This document shows positions 37,141-46,312 of a DNA stretch of 64,000 nt, piece after piece. Origin of the DNA: Odoribacter sp. (GTDB lineage Bacteria > Bacteroidota > Bacteroidia > Bacteroidales > Prolixibacteraceae); NCBI GenBank assembly GCA_013824715.1, contig PNOH01000019.1:17209-81208 (forward strand), given 5' to 3'. The stretch's first letter is position 1. Each line of letters begins with the position of its first letter. Made by a program: the position numbers and the translations under genes. Below the pieces are notes generated by a model. The model was not told the origin of the DNA, searched no databases, and was given only the letters and a program-made list of their open reading frames with translations.

Positions 37141-38262
37141 ATGATGAGTAATAGGTATAAAAAATTAGCTGAGGAGATTTTGGAATTGGCCGGAGTTCGT
37201 GTCAATGGTGTTAATCAGTGGGATATCCAGGTTCATAATCCGGAATTTTACAGAAGAGCAATTACCGAAGGTGAATTAAGCATAGGGGAATCCTATATGG
37301 ATGCCTGGTGGGATGTTGAAAAAATGGATGAATTTCTCTGCAAAATTTTCAGGGCTCAAATGGATGAAAAAATACGACGCAAGTTTTCGATTCTTATCCG
37401 GCTCCTTACTGCCCGACTTTTCAACTTACAGTCGAAAAGCAGGGCATTTATGGTCGGCGAAAAGCATTATGACCTGGGGAATGATCTTTTTCAGAACATG
37501 CTCGATCGGCGAATGAATTACAGTTGCGGCTATTGGAAGGATGCACTTACTCTGGATGAAGCCCAGGAAAACAAACTGGATTTAATTTGTCGCAAAATTT
37601 TCCTCAAGCCCGGAATGCGTGTGCTAGATATTGGATGTGGATGGGGCGCTTTCGGGAAATATGCCGCCGAAAAATACAAGGTTGAAGTGATCGGGATTAC
37701 GGTCTCAAAAGAACAGGTCGTACTTGGGAGAAAGTTATGCGAAGGACTTCCGGTTGAGTTCAGGCTGATGGATTACCGAGATTTGAATGAAAAATTTGAC
37801 CGGATAGTAAGCGTTGGAATGTTTGAACACGTTGGGCATAAGAATTACCGGACCTTTTTCGAAATTGCGAACAAATGCCTTGCTGATGACGGTTTATTTC
37901 TTCTTCATTCGATTGGGCGAATCAAATCCATAAAAACAATCGATCCATGGACACAGAAATATATTTTTCCAAACGCTATGCTTCCATCGGTTGAACAAAT
38001 TGGGCAGGCCATTGAAAACCTTTTCGTGATGGAAGACTGGCACAACTTCGGAGCAGATTACGATAAAACACTCATGGTATGGTATGAAAACTTTGTAACC
38101 AATTGGGATAAAATCAAGAATCAGTATTCAGAACGTTTTTTCAGGATGTGGAAATTCTACCTGCTCTCTGTTGCCGCTTCATTCAGGTCAAGACGGAACC
38201 AGTTATGGCAAGTCGTTCTATCAAAAAACGGCGTTCCGGGAGGTTATCTATCAATCCGGTAA
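37141..38262 (+). CDS. cfa: Cyclopropane-fatty-acyl-phospholipid synthase
   Basis: ...HYDLGNDLF...MNYSCGYW... and SAM motif VLDIGCGWG. 373 aa. Confidence 0.88.
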   Translation: MMSNRYKKLAEEILELAGVRVNGVNQWDIQVHNPEFYRRAITEGELSIGESYMDAWWDVEKMDEFLCKIFRAQMDEKIRRKFSILIRLLTARLFNLQSKSRAFMVGEKHYDLGNDLFQNMLDRRMNYSCGYWKDALTLDEAQENKLDLICRKIFLKPGMRVLDIGCGWGAFGKYAAEKYKVEVIGITVSKEQVVLGRKLCEGLPVEFRLMDYRDLNEKFDRIVSVGMFEHVGHKNYRTFFEIANKCLADDGLFLLHSIGRIKSIKTIDPWTQKYIFPNAMLPSVEQIGQAIENLFVMEDWHNFGADYDKTLMVWYENFVTNWDKIKNQYSERFFRMWKFYLLSVAASFRSRRNQLWQVVLSKNGVPGGYLSIR

Positions 38263-38350
38263 TGGTAATAGCAATGATCTGATGACCCTAGTCATCGGAT
38301 CAGTATTAGAAATTCCCCTATATTTACTACCGCAACTTATTCGCATTCGT

Positions 38351-38461
38351 ATGCCTTTTTCATCTTTTGGTTTATCGCCCGCTTTATTAGAAGTTCTGGC
38401 TGCTCAAGCCTTTAGTCAGCCGTATCCAATTCAGAAGGAAGCCATTCCTGGGATCAGTTAA
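38351..38461 (+). pseudogene. 5' remnant of a DEAD-box RNA helicase gene (RhlE-like), 36 codons then stop
   Basis: MPFSSFGLSPALLEVLAAQAFSQPYPIQKEAIP matches the N-terminus and Q-motif of RhlE-type helicases. A stop follows where motif I should begin. Weak similarity continues in a shifted frame for about 13 codons. Confidence 0.75.
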
Positions 38462-38564
38462 AGAAAAGTATCGATTGATTCCTATCGGAAACGCCTGATC
38501 ATCCTAACTTTTTACGATAACAGACAAGATTCTTCCAAATTCAAACTGCAATAAAAATAGTATT

Positions 38565-38619
38565 CAGTCGCAGAACCCAGTGATCAGACCTCGTTTCTGA
38601 AAACTGATTACTGTGACTG
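38565..38619. repeat. CAGT/CTGA-word hairpin element, copy 3
   Basis: CAGTCGCAG..CAGTGATCAG pairs with CTGATTACTG-TGACTG (G-U pairs allowed). The 3' arm supplies the last codons (SQSQ) and stop of the minus-strand radical-SAM gene. Confidence 0.6.
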
Positions 38620-39741
38620 GCTTCTCCTCCAAGCTTCAGCCACCTCCTCAACAAACGGTTTGCAGTGATTGAAAAACATTTTGTATCCTTCGCACAAATA
38701 GTTTAATCCGGGTTCGCCTTCGGGAGTTTCAATAAACCGGTCTTTGGGGCAGGCTCCGTTGCACATGTCCCGAACTTCACAATTCTGGCAACATTCCGGA
38801 AGTAAGTCAAGTTTAGCCTTCCCAAAAGCTTTCTGCTCCTGACTTTCTAGCAAATCGGATAGTGATGTCTGGCCAATATTTCCCAACAAATGTGCCGGAC
38901 CGACAAAATGATCGCACGAATAAAAATCGCCATTGTGTTCCACTACAGGAACGCGGCCACATACCGGTTTAAAAATACAGAGCGAATGTTCGAGCCGAAA
39001 AGCTGTTCGAAGCGCTTCTTCAAAGATTTGAATTTTAACCGTTCCAATATCTGATGTTTTCCATTCGTCGAAAATGGCACATAAGAATTCACCAAATGCT
39101 TTTGCCGGAACAGTTCTTTCTGATACCTGATTGCTTTCGGGCATAAGACGCTCGACCAAAGCAATAAAAGTCAGGAATTCGGCATTCAGGCTTTTGAAAA
39201 AGCGGTAAACTTCCAAAGGATATTTTACATTTTGGGAATGAACCACACAAAGTATTTCGCAGGGAATTTGGCGAGCTATTAGGAGTTGAAAACCTCTCAA
39301 AACCTCATCGAAGCTTGATTTTCCATCTTTCCTGAACCGGTTGACGGAGTGAAATTGTTCAGGCCCGTCAAGACTGATTCCGACAATGAAATTCTCATTT
39401 TTCAGGAAACGACACCATTCATCATTGAGCAAAGTGCCGTTGGTTTGGATGCCATTAATGATTGACCGGCTGGAAGGAAGGTGTTTCTTTTGAAGTTCAA
39501 CGATTCGGCGATAATATTCCAATCCGGCCAACGTCGGTTCACCCCCGTGCCACGAAAAGAAAATAGTTTGTTCCGACGACGCCTGAATATGCTGAAGGAT
39601 GTACATTTCGAGCAAGTCATCAGACATCCGGTTAAGGCCCAGTTCTGAGAGCAGTTCAGTTTTTTCAAGGTAATAGCAATAGCTGCAAGCCATATTGCAA
39701 CTGGCCCCAACTGGTTTGACAAATATCTGAAAATCATCCAT
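38608..39741 (-). CDS. Anaerobic sulfatase-maturating enzyme (radical SAM with SPASM domain)
   Basis: CNMACSYCYY radical-SAM cluster motif and C-terminal Cys-rich SPASM region (CCQNCEVRDMCNGACPKD). ATG at 39741 (M20 of the track ORF). Confidence 0.8.
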   Translation of the reverse strand: MDDFQIFVKPVGASCNMACSYCYYLEKTELLSELGLNRMSDDLLEMYILQHIQASSEQTIFFSWHGGEPTLAGLEYYRRIVELQKKHLPSSRSIINGIQTNGTLLNDEWCRFLKNENFIVGISLDGPEQFHSVNRFRKDGKSSFDEVLRGFQLLIARQIPCEILCVVHSQNVKYPLEVYRFFKSLNAEFLTFIALVERLMPESNQVSERTVPAKAFGEFLCAIFDEWKTSDIGTVKIQIFEEALRTAFRLEHSLCIFKPVCGRVPVVEHNGDFYSCDHFVGPAHLLGNIGQTSLSDLLESQEQKAFGKAKLDLLPECCQNCEVRDMCNGACPKDRFIETPEGEPGLNYLCEGYKMFFNHCKPFVEEVAEAWRRSQSQ

Positions 39742-39763
39742 GAGGGTTTGTCTGATAAATGTT

Positions 39764-40321
39764 TTATAACAACCGTTTTCCGTTGGCGCTCGCTTCAATC
39801 AACTCATTGAGCCGCGAAAACTTAGTCGATTGTTGTTTAGCGCTCATCACCCAATAAAAAATGGTTTTCTGGTACGATGGAGGCAGCGTGGAGAAAAAAT
39901 TCCAGGCGTCAGGATTTTCCTTGAACAGGATTTCCATGTCAGGATCGAATTTCTCTGGTCGATTTTCGTAGCTGTAAATGGCCGACCGATCTGCTTTCCT
40001 TTTTTCATATACATTTAACCCAGCCGGTGTCATTCTTCCTTGCCTGATCAATTCTTCCACCTTTTTGATGTTCACCGCGCTCCAGTTGCTTTTCGGATTT
40101 CGTGGAGTGAACCTAATGCAGTAACTTTCGTGGTCTATGGTTCTTCTAATTCCGTCAATCCAACCAAAACAAAGGGCTTCGTCAACCGACTCTGACCAGG
40201 TGAGGCTTGGTCTCTTTGTTCCGACTTTGTAAAAACCAACCAAAACCTCTGTTTCGGTTTGATGATTGGCTTCGAGCCATTTCCGGAAACTTAACGCTGA
40301 ATCAAAAAATATTGGAATCAC
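39764..40321 (-). CDS. YdeI/OmpD-associated family protein
   Basis: FRKWLEANH...EVLVGFYK...SESVDEALCFGWIDG...RFTPR pattern. GTG start. Confidence 0.7.
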   Translation of the reverse strand: MIPIFFDSALSFRKWLEANHQTETEVLVGFYKVGTKRPSLTWSESVDEALCFGWIDGIRRTIDHESYCIRFTPRNPKSNWSAVNIKKVEELIRQGRMTPAGLNVYEKRKADRSAIYSYENRPEKFDPDMEILFKENPDAWNFFSTLPPSYQKTIFYWVMSAKQQSTKFSRLNELIEASANGKRLL

Positions 40322-40343
40322 GGATTAAGCAGATTTATAGATT

Positions 40344-40658
40344 TCACTGATTTTTGAATTTCAGACCAGGTTTATTTCTCCTCCGCAGCCTTAGGCGGCC
40401 AGGCCTGATCAGTTGACTAACTAATAAAAGAACAATTCCGGCAACGAGAATTGGGAGCAGAATCAGAATCAGTGAATCGGATTTGTCCAGATTATAAAGC
40501 AGGTATAGAAGAGTAGATACAATTAGCAGAGCGCCAATAGTCAACAAAGAATTGCTGACGACCGATGCACTCCACAGAAGATTCTGTTGTTGCCTGGTCT
40601 GATTTTTTAATATTCTTTTCGTGTACATTGGATGATGGTTTTTAGGTAAAAATTTCAT
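40344..40658 (-). CDS. Small membrane protein, hypothetical
   Basis: Two hydrophobic helices and an Arg/Lys-rich tail. The track start at 40676 lies inside the repeat element, so M7 (40658) or a later Met is more plausible. Confidence 0.35.
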   Translation of the reverse strand: MKFLPKNHHPMYTKRILKNQTRQQQNLLWSASVVSNSLLTIGALLIVSTLLYLLYNLDKSDSLILILLPILVAGIVLLLVSQLIRPGRLRLRRRNKPGLKFKNQ

Positions 40659-40666
40659 ACAAACAA

Positions 40667-40682
40667 TCTGAATCACAGATTA
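40667..40682. repeat. Left arm of a 16-bp perfect inverted repeat framing the GxxExxY gene
   Basis: TCTGAATCACAGATTA is the reverse complement of TAATCTGTGATTCAGA at 41203-41218. Confidence 0.8.
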
Positions 40683-40767
40683 ACCTGATTATTTGATTCC
40701 GCAGATTAAACATACAACAATATGCTTTTAAAAATCAGTGAAATCCAATAATCTGTATAATCAGTGA

Positions 40768-41163
40768 TTATGGCTTTGGAGTTAAAATGAATCGTTTCCA
40801 TTCCAGACTTTTCGATCCAAAATTAATCAATAAGCCAACTTCTAGCTTGTAAGCTTTTAGGTAATTCAGGGTTTGAGCCCAATGGACTTCTTCCAGTTGT
40901 TTCAAAGCTTTTATTTCGATCAGGACTTTACCCGCAACCACAAAATCTGCCCGCCGAGTTCCAATAGGATCTTTTAAATCTTTGTAATAGATGTCCTGCT
41001 CAATTTCGCGATCAAATTCAAGTCCTGCTTTGAAAAGTTCATAAGCCAAAGCCCGTTGATAAATTACCTCCTGAAATCCATTTCCCAGAAATTTGTGAAC
41101 TTCCATGGAGCAACCGATTATACTTCGGGTAATGCTCTGATATTTATACTCTTCAACTTCCAT
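40768..41163 (-). CDS. GxxExxY protein (PD-(D/E)XK-like, TIGR04256-type)
   Basis: 131 aa. ...LGNGFQEVIYQRAL (GxxExxY), ...ADFVVAGKVLIEIKA... and LLINF motifs. Confidence 0.85.
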   Translation of the reverse strand: MEVEEYKYQSITRSIIGCSMEVHKFLGNGFQEVIYQRALAYELFKAGLEFDREIEQDIYYKDLKDPIGTRRADFVVAGKVLIEIKALKQLEEVHWAQTLNYLKAYKLEVGLLINFGSKSLEWKRFILTPKP

Positions 41164-41202
41164 AAATAGTGAAATTTAATCTGCGAAATCAATTAATCTG
41201 CC

Positions 41203-41218
41203 TAATCTGTGATTCAGA
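41203..41218. repeat. Right arm of the 16-bp inverted repeat, plus TAATCTG word repeats (41176-41210)
   Basis: See the left arm. Three direct TAATCTG words occur within 35 nt. Confidence 0.8.
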
Positions 41219-41222
41219 CAAT

Positions 41223-44200
41223 TTACAACTCTTTTATCCTGATATTCCTGAATTTCAGTTCCGAGCCATGTCCAAGAAATCCAATGTAGCCTTTGTTGCG
41301 CAGCAATCCGGGGTGAACCTTGTGATCGGCAGTCCCGTTCCTGCTGGCTTCTTTCATATTTCCTTCCAGTATGACTGTTCCGTTCAGCGTAATTTTGATG
41401 TCGTCACCTTTCACAATCACTTCCTGGTAATTCCATTCTCCAACCGGTTTCAGGAAACCCTTTTTGGCGGGAATTATTCCGTAAACCGAGCCGTGGAACT
41501 GATAAGGCTGCAAATCTTTGTAAATATCGGCGGTATTGTCCAATATTTGGAGTTCTTTACCAGCATAAGCTGCATCGCCTTCAAGCGGTGCATGAATTCC
41601 AAGTCCGTTATTGGCGCCCGGAGTCAACTGAAATTCGAAGCGGAAAATGAAGTCAGAATATTCTTTTTCGGTAAACAAGTTGCCATGCGCGCCTTCTTTG
41701 GGATTAACGACCAGCATTCCGTCCTGAGCAAGGTAATCAACCTTATTACCAATCCAGTTATCGAGATTTTTCCCATTGAACAGTAACCTGAAACCATCTT
41801 TTTCTTCTTCAGGACTGAGAAAAGCCTGATCAGGATTCAATTCCTTCACGTAAATATTTCTGAAAGCCAGATCAGTTCCATGGGCCTGCAATTCAATAGC
41901 TTCGCGGGCGAAAATCGGAATCGAGCGGTCCCAGTAGTTTTCCATCACCACATGGTCAACCACCAAAATACCATTCAGGAAAACAGTTACACGGTCGCCA
42001 ACCATATAAATCCGGAAAGTATTCCAGTCGCCAATGGCATTGTCGGCGAGGACCAATGGTTTGGATGGATTTATCTTGTTGTTGTACAAACCTCCTGAAC
42101 CAACCTGCGCGCCCACATCAACGCGTGAAGTATCCCAGATTTGTACCTGGGGTGAACCGCGAAGATAAATGCCACTGTCGCCATGTTTACTTATTTTCCA
42201 GTCAACCAGCATCTCGAAATCGCCGTATATTTTTTGTGTGCAAAGGTTGTCTCCTTCGCCGTTAAACACAATACTACCTTCCTTTACCGACCAGTTATTC
42301 AGCATTTTAATATTGGCTTCAACCTGCGCTTTTGCCAGTTCGTCCGGTTTCATTTTTGCACGGGCAACCGGATTTTTCACCAATCCATGCCAGCCACTCA
42401 GATCCTTTCCGTTGAAGATGCTGACAAAACCTTTTTCTTTCGGTATTTTTTCGAGGTATTGCCGCACATCAATCACATCGTACTGAAAATCAGGTCCTGA
42501 CATTTTACTCATCACTTTGGTAAGGACTTCTGATACAAATTCGCCTGTCATTCCATTCTTTTTCCCCGACGAAGGCAAAGCAAGATATTTAGACACTTCG
42601 GCAGCAGTCGCTCCAAGTTCCGGATCATCCAGGTAAGCTGAAACGAATACCAGCGACAAAAAGGTTTTCACATTTCCGGCAGCCTGAATAACAGCTCTTT
42701 TTTCCATATTACCGGAACATTCCGGCATAAGTTTTTCTATCATCAGAAGCTTTTGATCGTCGGGAAGGCTGGAACCAAGTGTATTCCGAAGGTAGGCTTT
42801 CAATGCTTCAGCCCTCACTGACTTCATTTCCGGATTAGTGAAAACTGCCAATAAATGGGGTGCAGCGCTGGCATCGTTCCAGTTCGAAAGTGAAACAAAA
42901 GCAGCTTCTCTTTCATCCTGACTACCGTTTTTCAATATGCCAACTACCGTTTTCAATGCCTTTGGATCATTCAACGAGGCTAAAACCGGGATGAGTTTGT
43001 CGGTCATGCTTCCACTTTCAATTTCCTTCAATACCAGGTTGGCATCTGGTTTTGTTGTTCCGGAATAAATGGCAATCAGCGCATCCTGAAGATTTGCCTG
43101 TGATTTCTTATCGCTGATTTGTTTAAGTAAAACGATTAATTCAGCAGCATTTTCGGATTTCGAAACCATTTCGAGTGCAGAAAAAGCAGCAGCGCTGATT
43201 TCGGAATTGGCAGATAAACACAGATTTTTGATCAGCGGATAAGCTTCAGTGGCACGTCGGGCACTCAAAACATTAATCAGTACTATTTTGCCTGCGTCGT
43301 TCATTCCATCCAGTTGGGCAATAAGCAAACCGCATTCTTTTAACGAAGTTGTGATTTTCAGCGCCGATTCAATTTCGGAAATTTCATTAGCGCTCTGAGC
43401 TTTACTTAGCTGATCAATCAAAACCGGAACCGCCTTGGTTTTTTGGTTCAGTGCCAAAGCGTGGATTGCTTCCAGCCGGACCACTTCTTCCTTCGAAGTT
43501 AAAGTAGGTAAAATAGCTTTTTGAAGCACTTCCAGCTCTGACCGTTTAGCCAGAAAATGCAGGATTTCTGCTTTTGTTTCAGCAGGAACTTTTTTCATTA
43601 TTGCAATCCAGGCACCAATGTTTCCCCTGTTCAACTGGGCTGAAGCATTAATCAACACAGTATTCCGGTAAACTTTATCAGGGTTTTTAATTTCTTTCAG
43701 GAAGAGTTTATTCGTTCCAAATCCAGGCACTGACAAAGCCTCTGAGCGATAAATCAGTTGATTTTCCCGGGTGCAGTTTTTTAGTATCACAGCACAAAGC
43801 TGATTACTCAGGCTGGTTTCGCCCTGTTCGGACAATCGTTTGGCGTAGGTTAGGTAGGAATCCATTGTTTCAGCATCATTGGGCTGATAACCTGCAGCTT
43901 TTGCCGCAGCCTCAAAAGTGGACAACGAAGCTTTTCCTCCGATATTGGCCAATGCAGCAAACGTGTGCATCAACAATTCGTCTTTGGCTGTTTTGGTCAA
44001 ATCTATCAGGTAATTTTCGGCGGGCAGGTATTTCAGTTGACCGAGTGTTTTTACCATAGCCAATTGCTGAAGGTCTTTTTTATCCGCCACCATTTTCAGG
44101 ATTACAGCGCCAGCCTCCAGGGTGCCAATGCTTTCCATAGCGGCCAAAACAGGTCCGTACAAATCGGCAGAATTCAGGTATTTTCCAAGCATCACAACCG

Positions 44201-44648
44201 ATACAGAACTTCCGCAATATTGCAGTCTGCGGATAAAAAACGCTTTTACTTCTTTGTCTGATGCTTTTTCGATGGCGGCCAGAAAGGCGCTTTCAACCAG
44301 TTTTCGATCAGCTTCATGGTTTTTTGAACCAGCGAATTGAGCCAGACTTTCTAATGCCATTCGGGCTTGGGTGTCGTCGCCGGTTCCGGGGGGAACAATC
44401 ATGTCGCAGAATTTAGCAATCCCGGGAGCGCCTGTTTCTAGAATCTGTAACATCAGTTTGGCGGTATGATCTCCGTTTTGTGCCGGGAATTGTGCCAGCG
44501 CATCGGCCACTTTCGTTTCCAACCGACGGTTATCCTGTGCAAAAGCCGGAACCATCAGGAAAAGGGCCAATAAAACGGTCAATATTTTTGTTGAAATTTT
44601 TGTCATGTGGTTTGTTTTTAAATTCTCATTGTTGAACTTTTTTGCCAT
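41223..44648 (-). CDS. Large secreted protein: N-terminal HEAT/armadillo-like repeats (~700 aa) plus two C-terminal DUF1080 (3-keto-disaccharide hydrolase-like) domains
   Basis: Signal peptide after M15 (MTKISTKILTVLLALFLMVPAFAQ; probable start near 44606). Long helical repeat region. Two copies of the FNGKDLSGW/FNGKNLDNW ... FRNIYVKEL/FRNIRIKEL architecture. Confidence 0.75.
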   Translation of the reverse strand: MAKKFNNENLKTNHMTKISTKILTVLLALFLMVPAFAQDNRRLETKVADALAQFPAQNGDHTAKLMLQILETGAPGIAKFCDMIVPPGTGDDTQARMALESLAQFAGSKNHEADRKLVESAFLAAIEKASDKEVKAFFIRRLQYCGSSVSVVMLGKYLNSADLYGPVLAAMESIGTLEAGAVILKMVADKKDLQQLAMVKTLGQLKYLPAENYLIDLTKTAKDELLMHTFAALANIGGKASLSTFEAAAKAAGYQPNDAETMDSYLTYAKRLSEQGETSLSNQLCAVILKNCTRENQLIYRSEALSVPGFGTNKLFLKEIKNPDKVYRNTVLINASAQLNRGNIGAWIAIMKKVPAETKAEILHFLAKRSELEVLQKAILPTLTSKEEVVRLEAIHALALNQKTKAVPVLIDQLSKAQSANEISEIESALKITTSLKECGLLIAQLDGMNDAGKIVLINVLSARRATEAYPLIKNLCLSANSEISAAAFSALEMVSKSENAAELIVLLKQISDKKSQANLQDALIAIYSGTTKPDANLVLKEIESGSMTDKLIPVLASLNDPKALKTVVGILKNGSQDEREAAFVSLSNWNDASAAPHLLAVFTNPEMKSVRAEALKAYLRNTLGSSLPDDQKLLMIEKLMPECSGNMEKRAVIQAAGNVKTFLSLVFVSAYLDDPELGATAAEVSKYLALPSSGKKNGMTGEFVSEVLTKVMSKMSGPDFQYDVIDVRQYLEKIPKEKGFVSIFNGKDLSGWHGLVKNPVARAKMKPDELAKAQVEANIKMLNNWSVKEGSIVFNGEGDNLCTQKIYGDFEMLVDWKISKHGDSGIYLRGSPQVQIWDTSRVDVGAQVGSGGLYNNKINPSKPLVLADNAIGDWNTFRIYMVGDRVTVFLNGILVVDHVVMENYWDRSIPIFAREAIELQAHGTDLAFRNIYVKELNPDQAFLSPEEEKDGFRLLFNGKNLDNWIGNKVDYLAQDGMLVVNPKEGAHGNLFTEKEYSDFIFRFEFQLTPGANNGLGIHAPLEGDAAYAGKELQILDNTADIYKDLQPYQFHGSVYGIIPAKKGFLKPVGEWNYQEVIVKGDDIKITLNGTVILEGNMKEASRNGTADHKVHPGLLRNKGYIGFLGHGSELKFRNIRIKEL

Positions 44649-44721
44649 TCCGTCCGAAAATATATTTCATCTCTGAAGAACATTTGCGACTGGACGGACT
44701 TTGTTTTATTTTATCATTTTT

Positions 44722-44754
44722 CCGTTGGCTAAAGCCGAACGGCAAAGGATAAGT
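44722..44754. repeat. Second copy (inverted) of the REP-like hairpin unit seen at 4687-4716
   Basis: The reverse complement reads ACTTATCCTTTGCCGTT-CGGCTTTAGCC-AACGG. It shares the 15-nt leader TTATCCTTTGCCGTT and the CTTTAG-loop hairpin. Confidence 0.7.
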
Positions 44755-44809
44755 TCATTAATTAGCCGATTTCCGAAACACGGAACCCGCATCCCGCATC
44801 CCGTAACTC

Positions 44810-46078
44810 TTATATCCTCCATTCCCCCCTCATTGGCTGATCAATCAGCTTATTAGCTTCATCGTCGTTGATGAAGGTTTGTGAAACCGGATCAAATTCG
44901 AGGGTGTGGCCGAGTCGCAGTGCAATAACTCCCATGTTGACAATGGTTGCTGAACGATAGCCATTCATTTCGTTCAGGGCAAATTTCCGGCGGGTTTTGA
45001 CCGATTCGCTGAATATTCCGATTTGTGGTTCAGGGTCGGGCAGGGTGTCGATGAGTGACTTCAGGTTTGGAATATCTGACTTGAAACCTCTGAATACTTT
45101 ACCGTGCGGACCTTCGATATAGGCAGCATTCTGATCTTTATTTTCACCATCGAGAATAATCTGGCAGCCGTCGGCATACGTGTAAGTTATTTTCCGCCAG
45201 GTTCCGATCGCATCGTAATCCTGCTGTGGTGCGTCAACTTCAACTTTTACAGGGCTGGTATCGTCTTTCCCTAAAAAATACTGAACCGGATCGATGTAGT
45301 GCTGACCCATGTCGCCCAATCCGCCGCCATCGTAATCCCAGTATCCCCGGAAGGTCTGGTGAACGCGGTGCGGATGGTAGGGTTTATCGGGAGCCGGCCC
45401 GAGCCACATGTTGTAATCCAGTTCAGCAGGAACAGATTCCGGAATCAGATTGGTTTTGCCCACCCAGTAGAATTTCCAGTCGAAACCGGTTACGCCGCTG
45501 ATGGTCACTTTTAAGGGCCAACCCAACACTCCGCTGTCAACCACTTTTTTCAAAGGTTTTACCGGAGTTCCCAATCCGTAGAAATTGTCTTTAAACCGGA
45601 ACCAGGTGTTCAGGCGGAACATTTTGCCGGTGGCATTGATGGCTTCAACCACCCTTTTTCCTTCGCCGATGGTTCGGGTCATGGGTTTTTCGCACCACAC
45701 ATCTTTTCCGGCCTGTGCTGCCATTACCGACATAATTCCATGCCAGTGAGGCGGCGTGGCAATGTGCACAATATCAATTTCAGGGCGAAGAAGCAATTCC
45801 CGGAAATCGGAATAGCCTTTTACATCAGGTCCAACTTTTTTGAGCGTGCTGTTCAGGTGGTTTTTGTCCACATCGCAGATGGCAAGCAGTTTTGTACCTT
45901 CGTACACGATGTGACCCTGACCCATTCCACCTACTCCGATAATGGCTTTGGTAAGTTGATCACTTGGAGCAAGAAATCCATTTCCGCCCAAAACATGCCG
46001 GGGGATAATGGTAATTCCGGCTGCTGCAATCAGCGACTTTTTCAGGAAATCGCGGCGGTTGTTCATTTTTTCAGTCAT
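44810..46078 (-). CDS. Gfo/Idh/MocA-family oxidoreductase with a twin-arginine signal
   Basis: Tat motif NRRDFLKKSLIAAAG. Rossmann GVGGMGQG. 422 aa. Confidence 0.85.
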   Translation of the reverse strand: MTEKMNNRRDFLKKSLIAAAGITIIPRHVLGGNGFLAPSDQLTKAIIGVGGMGQGHIVYEGTKLLAICDVDKNHLNSTLKKVGPDVKGYSDFRELLLRPEIDIVHIATPPHWHGIMSVMAAQAGKDVWCEKPMTRTIGEGKRVVEAINATGKMFRLNTWFRFKDNFYGLGTPVKPLKKVVDSGVLGWPLKVTISGVTGFDWKFYWVGKTNLIPESVPAELDYNMWLGPAPDKPYHPHRVHQTFRGYWDYDGGGLGDMGQHYIDPVQYFLGKDDTSPVKVEVDAPQQDYDAIGTWRKITYTYADGCQIILDGENKDQNAAYIEGPHGKVFRGFKSDIPNLKSLIDTLPDPEPQIGIFSESVKTRRKFALNEMNGYRSATIVNMGVIALRLGHTLEFDPVSQTFINDDEANKLIDQPMRGEWRI

Positions 46079-46213
46079 ATGATTTGGTTTAGTAAACTGT
46101 ATATTTTGAGATGTTGAATTTACTGCAAATTAAGTTTCTTCAGTAAAAATGGAGCAATAATTATTGAGTAAATGTACATTGGAATTTATACGCTATATAC
46201 CACGAAAAATCTC

Positions 46214-46221
46214 TAATTTTG
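46214..46221 (+). promoter_or_regulatory. -7 promoter box TAATTTTG
   Basis: Matches TAnnTTTG, about 90 nt upstream of the ATG at 46313. Confidence 0.35.
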
Positions 46222-46312
46222 GTATTTGCCTGAGAAACGGATCGAAAGCGTAATTATACTTATTCAGCCAGTTTCCTAAACTCCGGTAACCAAAAACAAA
46301 TCTAAACCCAAC

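Noticed and set aside
41169-41786. 205-aa plus-strand ORF, and many similar antisense ORFs (e.g. 11631..12233, 25020..25460, 54739..55368, 58861..59466, 52805..53248, 33387..33761)
   Set aside because: All are fully embedded antisense to, or out of frame with, long ORFs that have clear family motifs. They have no independent motifs and are typical shadow ORFs.
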